DNA from: Promethearchaeota archaeon
Lineage (GTDB): Archaea > Asgardarchaeota > Lokiarchaeia > Sigyniarchaeales > SOKP01
Reading direction: 5' to 3'
Assembly: GCA_048938895.1 (NCBI GenBank)
Contig: JBHLLU010000005.1
Location: 55,527 to 119,526 of the forward strand
DNA length: 64,000 nt
Part shown: positions 50,315 to 59,143 of the stretch, one piece after another
Numbering within the stretch: the stretch's first letter is position 1
Layout of the letters: every line of letters begins with the position of its first letter
Notes under the pieces: model-generated
What the model saw: only the letters and a program-made list of their open reading frames with translations
What the model was told of the DNA's origin: nothing
Databases searched by the model: none
Translations under genes and position numbers: made by a program

Positions 50315-51679
50315 GTGGTTGATTTTAATAAGATTAGTGAATTTTTTAAAAATACTCCTATACCTCAGAATATGTTAGATAGAGGGCAAATTGTTCTTAA
50401 AAATTTCATGAAACCAATAAAAAATTTATTCGAACAAAAGTGCGTTCCACAGAATGCATGGAAAGATGAACAAATTGAATTCCTGTTAGAAACACTTTCA
50501 AATATGGATACTGACAAAGATAGTGACGCGGCTAGAGTAGGAGAAAGAGAAGCTAGAATCGCATCGAAACTACATTTGAAAACATCAGCAGGATTCTGCC
50601 ACGGAGTTGGACGGAGTGGATTTCTTACTGCCCCTCAACCGAAAGCTCCGGGAGCCTCAATTATGTATGAGCTTTCTAACTATTTAGCAAGAGACATTTT
50701 AAGAAATTTTGGTTTACCAAATATTACAGAAGCAATAGTGGTTCCATTATGCACAGGGATGTCTCTATCTTTAGTACTAGGGGCTTTAAGACCAGAGGAG
50801 GAAAATAATTCAAATATTAAAAGAACTGTTTTAGTTCCTCAAATTGACCATAAATCACTGTTAAAATCGATAGAATTTATGGGATTAAATCCTAAAATTA
50901 TAAACGGCAGAATATTTGGGGATGCTGTAAGGATCCCTATTGAGGAAATAGAAACTAATATCGATAACAATTGTTATGCAATTATTTCAGTTACAAGTTT
51001 TTTTCCACCTCGAGAACCTGATAACGTTAAAGAAATAAGTAAATTAGCTAAAAAAAATAAGCTCATTCATATTATCATCAATGCATATGGTGTTCAAAGC
51101 CCAGAATGGATGAATTTAATACGTTCAGCAATAGATGCGGGGAGAGTTGATGCAATCATTCAATCAACTGATAAAAATTTTCTTACGCCTGTAGGAGGTG
51201 CTCTAATCGCTTCACCAATTAAAGAAAATATAAAAAAAATTAGTCAAACATATGCTGGACGAGCGTCTGCTACTCCTGTTGTGAACTTTTTAATCTCTAT
51301 GCTCTCTTTAGGGATTAAGGGTTATCAGAAACTAATTGAAGAACAAAAAGAAAATCGAAAATTACTAGAACAAAAACTATCGATTGTAGCAAAAAATATA
51401 GATGAACAAATATTAGAAATTTTTAATCCTGTAGCGGTGGCATTATCTCTAAAAAATCTAAAAGAAGAACATTTATATGCCATAGGAGGTGCATTATATA
51501 ATTTAAGAGTTACTGGTCCAAGAGTATATAATCCTAAAGAAAGTGAATTTGGTACATGCTGTAAAAATTATCCCATTCCTTACATTGTTATGAATGCTGC
51601 AATAGGGTCAAAAAAGGAAGATATTGTCTCTGCTGTTGAAAGATTTGAAAAAGCATATAATCAAATAACTCAAAAGTAG
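50315..51679 (+). CDS. spcS: O-phosphoseryl-tRNA(Sec) selenium transferase (SepSecS)
   Basis: GEREAR, HGVGRSG, QPKAPG, DHKS, QSTDKNF PLP lysine, YAGRAS. Confidence 0.95.
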   Translation: MVDFNKISEFFKNTPIPQNMLDRGQIVLKNFMKPIKNLFEQKCVPQNAWKDEQIEFLLETLSNMDTDKDSDAARVGEREARIASKLHLKTSAGFCHGVGRSGFLTAPQPKAPGASIMYELSNYLARDILRNFGLPNITEAIVVPLCTGMSLSLVLGALRPEEENNSNIKRTVLVPQIDHKSLLKSIEFMGLNPKIINGRIFGDAVRIPIEEIETNIDNNCYAIISVTSFFPPREPDNVKEISKLAKKNKLIHIIINAYGVQSPEWMNLIRSAIDAGRVDAIIQSTDKNFLTPVGGALIASPIKENIKKISQTYAGRASATPVVNFLISMLSLGIKGYQKLIEEQKENRKLLEQKLSIVAKNIDEQILEIFNPVAVALSLKNLKEEHLYAIGGALYNLRVTGPRVYNPKESEFGTCCKNYPIPYIVMNAAIGSKKEDIVSAVERFEKAYNQITQK

Positions 51680-51800
51680 AAAACCTCTACAATTTTAAAA
51701 TTTCTAATATAACAGAAATAAAAATAATTAAAAACTAGAAGTACTATATTTTAATAAAATTTGTTCTAACTTATCACATACAAATTTTTAGCGATTAGTT

Positions 51801-52481
51801 ATGGAAAACCGACTTTTATCACAATTTAACGGAGTTATTACTTCACAGTGGCTCTCTAAGTATATAGAGGAACCTTATGGTTCTTTAATCCCAAGAGAGT
51901 TGTTTGAAATCGCGTATCACACCTGCAATTCCGTGGCTATGAGGAATATTTATATAAAATTAGCATCTAGTGAAGAACAAGCAGGTTCTAAAGCTGTTTT
52001 TTACTCAAATACAAAAAAATTTACCTCTATAGAAGCCTTAGAAAAGGGAGTAAGAATTACAAAATACTTTAATCAAGGGGAAACCGGGGATAAAGTTGAA
52101 ACTGAAATTCATCCAAGTCTTAAAAAAAGAAAAGAGGTTTATAATTCGAAAGATCAAGACTTAAAGACCCAATTATTAAAAAGTATTTTAGTTGAGCGAA
52201 AACTTGATGAATGTGCTAATTTAGTAATGTTAAAGGGTAATAATCGAAAAGTATATTTTGCCATTGGGGATGCTAGAGAATCTGCTGCTGTGATCCCAAT
52301 CTTTATGGAAGCGGAAGGTGCTAGTTTGGTTCAATTGGCACTGAATAAATGGATGGAAACAGCCCAAAGATTGAATCACGAACAAAATTTCCCGGAGAAT
52401 CTAATCCCTGGTATTATTAAAAACCTTACTCAAATAAAAAGATGGCTTCTTGACCTAATTAGTGCTAATTTAGATAAGTAA
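51801..52481 (+). CDS. Hypothetical soluble protein
   Basis: 226-aa ORF with host-like codon usage; no motif recognised. Confidence 0.7.
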   Translation: MENRLLSQFNGVITSQWLSKYIEEPYGSLIPRELFEIAYHTCNSVAMRNIYIKLASSEEQAGSKAVFYSNTKKFTSIEALEKGVRITKYFNQGETGDKVETEIHPSLKKRKEVYNSKDQDLKTQLLKSILVERKLDECANLVMLKGNNRKVYFAIGDARESAAVIPIFMEAEGASLVQLALNKWMETAQRLNHEQNFPENLIPGIIKNLTQIKRWLLDLISANLDK

Positions 52482-52614
52482 ACTACTTTTTCAAATTATA
52501 ATTGATGCATCATATGCAAATATGAATGGAGAGAATATTCTTAGATATATAAAAAACCGTGAAATTGCGGTTTCACGAAGTTTTTGAATCTTGAAAATAA
52601 AAAGAATATAAATA

Positions 52615-52822
52615 TGGGCCATCGGGGATTTGTTCTGATGAGGGGAATCCCAATCATCAATTGAACCCCGGATTTCCTAGTCAAAAGGGATAATCCCTTT
52701 TTATCTCAGGTTTTTACTATCTCGGACAGTTCTTTTTATTGTATGTCCGATGATCATTTATAAGACCTGCGCTTGTTGACCAAGCTTTTAAAACCTTGTT
52801 AACCAGGCTAAGCAAATGGCCC
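52615..52822 (-). tRNA. tRNA-Ile (UAU) with four BHB-type introns
   Basis: Removing 52775-52799, 52712-52757, 52674-52704 and 52630-52660 gives a 75-nt cloverleaf GGGCCAT TT GCTT AGCCTGGTTA AAGC G CAGGT CTTATAA ACCTG AGATC CGGGG TTCAAAT CCCCG ATGGCCC A with all four stems fully paired. Confidence 0.88.
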
Positions 52823-53062
52823 TAATTATTACAAACACTAATTTACATTTTCTTATATCTTTTAATATTAATCTACTATTTATTTTAGTTAATTGTATAG
52901 CTATTAATCTTGTATGTGTTTATATTCTAATTAAATAAGAAAAAAGATAAATATTTTTTTATTGGTTATTTTTTTATTGATGTAATCTGTTATATTTATA
53001 ATTAAAGTAACAAAAAGAGACAATAGAAAATATTAGTTAAATTTTGGAAAAGCTGATTATCC

Positions 53063-53476
53063 ATGGCTGAAATGTTAACCGATCTTTTACAAAATATCTA
53101 TAAGCGTATAGCCCAGTTAGGCCAAAGCATCCAACAGTTGAATGAAAGCTTAAATTCACTCAACAAAAACATTGAAGATAAGATATCTAATTTAACACAG
53201 AAATTAGAGGAATTTTCTAATGAAATTAATGTTACCCAGACTAAGCATATAGATGCTGTGAAGGAAATTGGTGGGGAAACTACAAAAGAATTAAAGATAA
53301 TACAAGAAGGATTAGGATTAGAAGCACTCAAAACTCTTATTAAGAAACTAGAAGAATTTTCTAATCTTTCAGAAGGGATACTTAATCAAGACACCGTGAA
53401 TTTATTATTATCAGAAGCTATCGATTCCGTTAAAATTTTAAAAGAATCAGTCAATAAGGAAGAGGTCATAGAATAA
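53063..53476 (+). CDS. All-helical coiled-coil protein
   Basis: Heptad pattern throughout; no Pro, Cys or Trp. Confidence 0.75.
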   Translation: MAEMLTDLLQNIYKRIAQLGQSIQQLNESLNSLNKNIEDKISNLTQKLEEFSNEINVTQTKHIDAVKEIGGETTKELKIIQEGLGLEALKTLIKKLEEFSNLSEGILNQDTVNLLLSEAIDSVKILKESVNKEEVIE

Positions 53477-53510
53477 ATCTAATTAAATAAAAATATAAAG
53501 GTGAAAAAAG

Positions 53511-53933
53511 ATGGCAGAACAATTATTAGATGAGATGATTCAGAAGATTAATCAAATTATGAGTTCATTAGACGGTACAATAGCTCAAATTAACCAAATG
53601 AGCCAATCTATTACCCAGATGAGCCAAAACTTCTCTGAACAAACCGTTTCAATGACTGAAAACATTAGATTAATTGTAGAAGTTTTAAAACAATTCAGAA
53701 TTCAATCAAGCAACAGTTTAAAAGAATTATCTGATGATTTTAATAATAAAGTAAAAGAACTCTGGGATAAAAAAGCAATTGAATCAATTACAGAAGAAGA
53801 AAAAAAAGCTATTGAGACCATTAAACAGGCATCAAAAGCCGTTACAGATAACCTTTATTTTGCTCAGTTACTTAACATAATTCAAAGCATTAGAGAAGAA
53901 ACTAATAGAATAATAAGTAGCCAACAATCCTAA
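53511..53933 (+). CDS. All-helical coiled-coil protein, probable paralog of the upstream gene
   Basis: Similar length and MAE-x-L start; heptads; GGTGA SD. Confidence 0.75.
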   Translation: MAEQLLDEMIQKINQIMSSLDGTIAQINQMSQSITQMSQNFSEQTVSMTENIRLIVEVLKQFRIQSSNSLKELSDDFNNKVKELWDKKAIESITEEEKKAIETIKQASKAVTDNLYFAQLLNIIQSIREETNRIISSQQS

Positions 53934-53994
53934 ATTATAAGTATTTTTACATAACTTATTTTATAGTAAAAAAAATAGAAGGTGCTAATTTAAG

Positions 53995-54897
53995 ATGCCA
54001 AATGGATGTTTTGTAGTATTAATCCCAACTGATGCAGATTATAAAGTTATGGGATATTATTTCAAGGAAGGAGAATCGAACTTTGAAATAACTAATGATC
54101 TGTTCTTAAGACTTAATCTTGATCACTCGAAGAATGATTATAACTTGCTTAAATTAAAAGAAGAGAGAATTCTTTCATATATTTATAAATTAAAGGGAAA
54201 ACTTGCAAGAAGAGCTTCTGGAATTATAATTGGTTTGTTGATGACAGAAGAAGATGAAGTAGATAAATTCAGATCCGCTCTTAAGGAGGCAGCTGAAGCG
54301 CTTGAGATGCCAAGTCTTAATATTTTAACCAAATCAAGAGAAGAATTTGAAATAATATTAAAAGATATTTATTTTGAACATCTGGAACCTTTAATTGATA
54401 TTCTTCAACCTGAAGCCTTGAAAAATAATATTATTAATATAACCAAGTTTATGTTAAGTGGTGGAAAAAAAGAAAGAAAAATAGCTCAAGATTTGTTAAT
54501 AAAAGTTGAAAATGGTGAACACGTAAAAATCTCTGATTTTTATAAAATAGCTGAATCTGCTATAAAATCTTTAGATTATGAAAAGGCTGCAAAATCATAT
54601 AAAAAGGCAGCTGAATTAGCAGAAGAATTATATATAATGGATATAGCAGCTTCTTTGAAAGAAAAAGGACAATTCTCTCAAAATATTCCAGAATTATCGA
54701 GAGAAAGAGAAAAAATAGTACAAGAAGCCCGTAACGCCCTAAGAAACGAAGATTTTCATACAGCTTATACTTCTTACAGAAAAGCTAGTGAAATCTCTAA
54801 AAAATTAGTACAATTTGATAAAGAAGAGGAATTTCGGTTAAAATCTAAAGCTCTAGAAGATTTTTATAAAATAGATCAGAAATATAAAGCAGAATAA
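53995..54897 (+). CDS. Longin/uDENN-like N-terminal domain plus tandem MIT/TPR-like helical repeats
   Basis: Alpha/beta N-terminus; repeats YEKAAKSYKKAAELAEEL and FHTAYTSYRKASEISKKL. Confidence 0.5.
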   Translation: MPNGCFVVLIPTDADYKVMGYYFKEGESNFEITNDLFLRLNLDHSKNDYNLLKLKEERILSYIYKLKGKLARRASGIIIGLLMTEEDEVDKFRSALKEAAEALEMPSLNILTKSREEFEIILKDIYFEHLEPLIDILQPEALKNNIINITKFMLSGGKKERKIAQDLLIKVENGEHVKISDFYKIAESAIKSLDYEKAAKSYKKAAELAEELYIMDIAASLKEKGQFSQNIPELSREREKIVQEARNALRNEDFHTAYTSYRKASEISKKLVQFDKEEEFRLKSKALEDFYKIDQKYKAE

Positions 54898-54991
54898 TTA
54901 TCATAAATTTTATCTGTTAAAACTGCTTGATCTGTTCATAAAGTAGCATTATAATATTCTCTTAAGTAAATTCAATTACACTTTTAAAAAA

Positions 54992-55819
54992 ATGGGAAGA
55001 ATAATAGGGTTAGTAACTGATTTTGGGCAAAAAGGTCAGCATTACGTAGCTGCAATGAAAGCTGTTATTCTGAAAATTAACCCTCTTGTAAAGATAATAG
55101 ATATCTCTCATATGATTACTCCATATTCAATAATCGAGGCATCATATATTTTGAAATCAACTTATACATTTTTCCCCCATGGAAGTATATTTATAACTGT
55201 AATAGATCCCGGTGTAGGGAGCTCTAGGGAAATTATAGCATTAAAAACAAAATCAAATCATTACTTTATTGGACCTGATAACGGGATTTTTCCAAACTTC
55301 CTAAGTGCTCAAGAAATATCAGATTGTAGAAGAATTCAAAATAAAGATTATTTTAATAATCCGATTTCTCCTACGTTTCATGGACGAGATATTATGGCTC
55401 CAGTAGGAGCATATATAGCAAAAAATGAAGATTTTCCCTTATCTGATCTTGGATCAATAGTTGAGTTTAACAATCTAATTAAAACACCAGTAATTTATGA
55501 ACTAGATTTGGAGAATAGTATAATAACTTGCTCAATTCAGTACATAGATTCTTTTGGTAATGGAACAACCACTATCCAAGTAGTAGATGATAAAATTGGA
55601 TATTTAAACAAAACAATAGTAGAGGGTGCAACAATCAAATTATTTATTAAAGGGGAAAAACATGAGGGAATTTTTACTTCCCATTTTTCAAGCGTTCCTA
55701 TAAATACCTTACTATTCCTTGTTGGATCCTCAGGGTTTCTTGAAATCTCCTTAAACCAAGGAAATGCTTCAAAAAAATTAGGTTTTAAATCAGGAGAAAC
55801 TATATCTGTACAAATATAA
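54992..55819 (+). CDS. SAM hydroxide adenosyltransferase (DUF62, chlorinase/fluorinase family)
   Basis: TDFG, VIDPGVG, GPDNG, TFHGRDI, IDSFGN. Confidence 0.92.
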   Translation: MGRIIGLVTDFGQKGQHYVAAMKAVILKINPLVKIIDISHMITPYSIIEASYILKSTYTFFPHGSIFITVIDPGVGSSREIIALKTKSNHYFIGPDNGIFPNFLSAQEISDCRRIQNKDYFNNPISPTFHGRDIMAPVGAYIAKNEDFPLSDLGSIVEFNNLIKTPVIYELDLENSIITCSIQYIDSFGNGTTTIQVVDDKIGYLNKTIVEGATIKLFIKGEKHEGIFTSHFSSVPINTLLFLVGSSGFLEISLNQGNASKKLGFKSGETISVQI

Positions 55820-56977
55820 TTGGAGATACATACTATGAAAAATGAATTATTGGCTTGTATCAAAGATAGAGATATAAAATATTTACATTCAGGTCATATT
55901 TCGAAATATGTATTTCCAATGGATAGAAAGGAAGCACATGAGAAAAATATAAGTCACCTCATTACCCGATTTTTTATATTCACTATTTCCCCTTCGGGAG
56001 AAGTTTATTATTTAGTACAAAAAAGAAATAGTAAAAAAAGTTCATATCCTGATTATTTCACAGATTCCTCTTCTGGACATGTTCTATGGGCAGAAAATTT
56101 AAATCTCAGTAAAATTAAAAAGGATGCTCTAAGAGAATTAGAAGAGGAATTTGGAATCCCACCTAAAGCAATTCAAAAAATTAAATTTTATGAGTTAATT
56201 GATGAAGAAGATAATAAAACAAAAGAAATAGCTTATGTCTTTTTTGGATTAGTGGAATATGGAATATCCCTAAATCCCGATCCTGATGAGTTAGATCCTA
56301 AGTTTAGTAGATTTTATAACAAGAATGAACTGGAAAAGTTATTAGAAAATGAAAAGTCAGTAGATTATAGTAAAGAAATATGGAGATTTATCCTAGATAA
56401 TAAAATTACCTCACTTTTTAAAAATTCAAAAGATTTCAACAAATCTTTTAATCATGAGATAGCATTATTCATAGGTAGGTTTCAACCCTTACATCATGGA
56501 CATATATATGTGCTACAGAATATTTTGAAATCATACGATAAAGTAAAAATTGGGATAGGAAGTTCCCAGTTATCAAGTACGCCTAATGATCCATTTACTG
56601 GAGATGAAAGAGAAGAGTTCTTAACTGCTGCATTGAAGATGCGCAATGTCCCCTCAAATAGATACCAGATTTATAAAATCCCTGATATATTTAATGCAAC
56701 TAAATGGGTTGAGCATGTTATCAATATTGTAGGAAAATTCAGTGTTGTTGTGTCAAATAGCGATTGGATAAGAGAACTTTTTCAAAAGGAGGGTTATAAA
56801 ATAGAAAAAAAAATCGAAATCTTCAAAAAAAAATACAACGGCAATAATATAAGACAGTTAATCGTAAAAAATGGTAAATGGAAATCATTACTACCAAAGG
56901 AAGTGGTTGATTTAATTGTTAAATTTGATGGAATAAATAGAATAAAATCCCTCTCAACTACATCTTATAAGTCATGA
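55820..56977 (+). CDS. Nudix (IDI-like) domain fused to C-terminal NMN adenylyltransferase
   Basis: QKR..K..YP, RELEEEFG; IGRFQPLHHGH, GSSQ, NDPFT..ER. Confidence 0.85.
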   Translation: MEIHTMKNELLACIKDRDIKYLHSGHISKYVFPMDRKEAHEKNISHLITRFFIFTISPSGEVYYLVQKRNSKKSSYPDYFTDSSSGHVLWAENLNLSKIKKDALRELEEEFGIPPKAIQKIKFYELIDEEDNKTKEIAYVFFGLVEYGISLNPDPDELDPKFSRFYNKNELEKLLENEKSVDYSKEIWRFILDNKITSLFKNSKDFNKSFNHEIALFIGRFQPLHHGHIYVLQNILKSYDKVKIGIGSSQLSSTPNDPFTGDEREEFLTAALKMRNVPSNRYQIYKIPDIFNATKWVEHVINIVGKFSVVVSNSDWIRELFQKEGYKIEKKIEIFKKKYNGNNIRQLIVKNGKWKSLLPKEVVDLIVKFDGINRIKSLSTTSYKS

Positions 56978-58047
56978 TTGAGAAAAAGTTTTTAGAAATT
57001 GATGGTTCTTTTGGAGAAGGAGGAGGGGCTATACTAAGACTCTCCGCAGGTTTAGCTTTTCTATTTAATTGTCCAATTAAAATTACAAAAATCCGTGCCA
57101 ATCGTCCTAAACCAGGACTAAGAACTCAACATCTACTTGGTCTCAGAACAATCACTGAGTTAACAAAAAGCCAATTGAGTGATTGTAATATAGGATCTGA
57201 GCAAATCAAGTTCATTCCTAACCCAAAGAAAGAAATTATGAATCAAATTCACGTGAATATCAATACCGCAGCAAGCATTGGACTTTTATTACAACCAGTT
57301 CAAATAGCAAGCTTAGGGATTAAAAATTCTGAGAAAATTAGACTTTCTTTAAATGGTGGTGGTACGTTTGGTAAATGGGCACCAAGCCTTAATTACCTTC
57401 AAGAAGTTACTTTTAAGCTTTTTAATCAATCAGGGATTAATATTAATATTGAAATAAATAGACATGGATTTTACCCTAAAGGGGGCGCTCAAGTGTTATG
57501 CACTATAAGTCCTTCGAATACAACATTGAATCCAATAATTCTAACAGAGCTAGGTACTGTAGATTTAATACAAGGAGAAATTGTGATAACAAAGCAACTT
57601 ATGCGAAATCGAGAAAATATAGGAACTAGAATTGGAAAATCTATTAAACAACAACTAAAAAAAAATTTGAACCTTGAAAGTGAAATAAAATGTACCTGGG
57701 TAAATTCAGCAAGTCCGGGAGTGGGTCTTTCTTTATGGGCTCATTCAGATACAGGGGCTATAATTTCTACTGGAACAATACTAGGTGAACAAAAAATAAG
57801 ATCCGAAGAATTAGGGAAAATCGCTGCAGACAAGATTATAGCATACCTCAATAATGATATTCCCGTTGATAATTATCTAAGTGATCAATTAATTCCTTTA
57901 ATGGGCTTTATCAAAAAATCTTCTAGAATTAGAGTATCCCAAATAACAAGTCACACCCAAACAAACCTGAAATTGGTCAAATTATTTACTCAACGTGAGT
58001 ACCTTATAACTAAAGAAAAAAATAGTTTTATCATAGAATTTCCTTAA
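56974..58047 (+). CDS. rtcA: RNA 3'-terminal phosphate cyclase
   Basis: DGSFGEGGG, IRANRPKPGL..QH, GFYPKGG, DQL, catalytic His in SHTQTN. Confidence 0.93.
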   Translation: MIEKKFLEIDGSFGEGGGAILRLSAGLAFLFNCPIKITKIRANRPKPGLRTQHLLGLRTITELTKSQLSDCNIGSEQIKFIPNPKKEIMNQIHVNINTAASIGLLLQPVQIASLGIKNSEKIRLSLNGGGTFGKWAPSLNYLQEVTFKLFNQSGININIEINRHGFYPKGGAQVLCTISPSNTTLNPIILTELGTVDLIQGEIVITKQLMRNRENIGTRIGKSIKQQLKKNLNLESEIKCTWVNSASPGVGLSLWAHSDTGAIISTGTILGEQKIRSEELGKIAADKIIAYLNNDIPVDNYLSDQLIPLMGFIKKSSRIRVSQITSHTQTNLKLVKLFTQREYLITKEKNSFIIEFP

Positions 58048-58166
58048 GAATTTGGCATTAAATAGCTAAGACCAATTAATAAAAATTGTTAAAATTTGAA
58101 AGAAATTTTTATAAGATTAATTTATTATATGTTTATTATAATTAATTTTAGAATGTTGTAAAAATA

Positions 58167-59093
58167 ATGTCTCAAACAGTAGCGGCATTTCAACGTTGCC
58201 CTAGATGTGGAAATGAGAATACTGCTGACAGTTTTGCTTGCAATTTCTGTGGATTTCGACTTAAAATTGAGAAAATTGAAACAATTCGGTTTTTTAGAAG
58301 ATATGAGGCAGAATGGATAAATCCTTACCCTTGGTATTTAAAAATACTGTATCTTTTTATTAATGTACCAAAAGCTTTTTGGGATATCAATCATAAAAGA
58401 AGTAAAGCTCCTGGTTGGCTAATCTTATTATTTTCTTCATTACTTTATGGGCTTATGGGTTTGGCTTTTTTTTCTCATTTTCGTTTAGTGAATGTAGATA
58501 TCTATTCTTTCCAACGATTTCTCTATAATACAAGTGTCTTTGCGACTTTTTTCGCATTTGGATTTATTTCTCAATTAGTATTTTTTGCTGTTTTAATCTG
58601 GTTATTTACTAAGGGAGCAAATGCTGCAGTCGGATTCACTCAAAGATTAGAATCTCGTTTTGGGGGTGTGAAAGAAACCCAAGAGAAGTATAAAGAAGCA
58701 GAAATTAGCCCTTTCAGTATCTATAAAGGCGGTACCATGCTGGAACTGGAAGGTTCTTATAAATTTAGAATGATGTTATGTGCTTTTACTCCTTTCTTAT
58801 TAATTAATGCAATAAAAATTCTTATTGTTCTTGCTGGATTTCCAAATGTAACTGCTTCTACTACGGAGCCTTATGATTTTTCTGTTTTTGACCAAATGTT
58901 TTCTTCAAACACCTGGGCAGTTTTAGATGTTCTAGATGCAATAACTATTGCTATTTGGGTACCTATCTTAATGACAATAGCAATTAGGGAATTAAGTAAT
59001 TCTTCTACTAGTCGTGTATTAATTCCTACAATTATTATAGGTGTCGTTGTTGCTATTTTATTTTACTTCTTAAGACCAAACCTATTTGGTTAA
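58167..59093 (+). CDS. Zinc-ribbon plus Yip1-domain membrane protein
   Basis: CPRCG..CNFCG; PKAFWDI amphipathic motif followed by five TM helices. Confidence 0.7.
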   Translation: MSQTVAAFQRCPRCGNENTADSFACNFCGFRLKIEKIETIRFFRRYEAEWINPYPWYLKILYLFINVPKAFWDINHKRSKAPGWLILLFSSLLYGLMGLAFFSHFRLVNVDIYSFQRFLYNTSVFATFFAFGFISQLVFFAVLIWLFTKGANAAVGFTQRLESRFGGVKETQEKYKEAEISPFSIYKGGTMLELEGSYKFRMMLCAFTPFLLINAIKILIVLAGFPNVTASTTEPYDFSVFDQMFSSNTWAVLDVLDAITIAIWVPILMTIAIRELSNSSTSRVLIPTIIIGVVVAILFYFLRPNLFG

Positions 59094-59143
59094 AGGTTGT
59101 GATTATAACTTCAGAATTTAAAATTAATTAAGATAAAATAAAG

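Noticed and set aside
52630-52757. Box C/D guide RNA inside the tRNA-Ile introns (ATGATCA...CCGA; TGATGA)
   Set aside because: The box-like words are imperfect and sequestered in the intron stems, and no guide complementarity to the tRNA was found.
52712-52762. Reading the four-intron tRNA as tRNA-Leu(UAA)
   Set aside because: It would need a cut at 33/34 to 35/36 without BHB support; the 5-nt variable loop and GGGCC acceptor fit Ile, not Leu.
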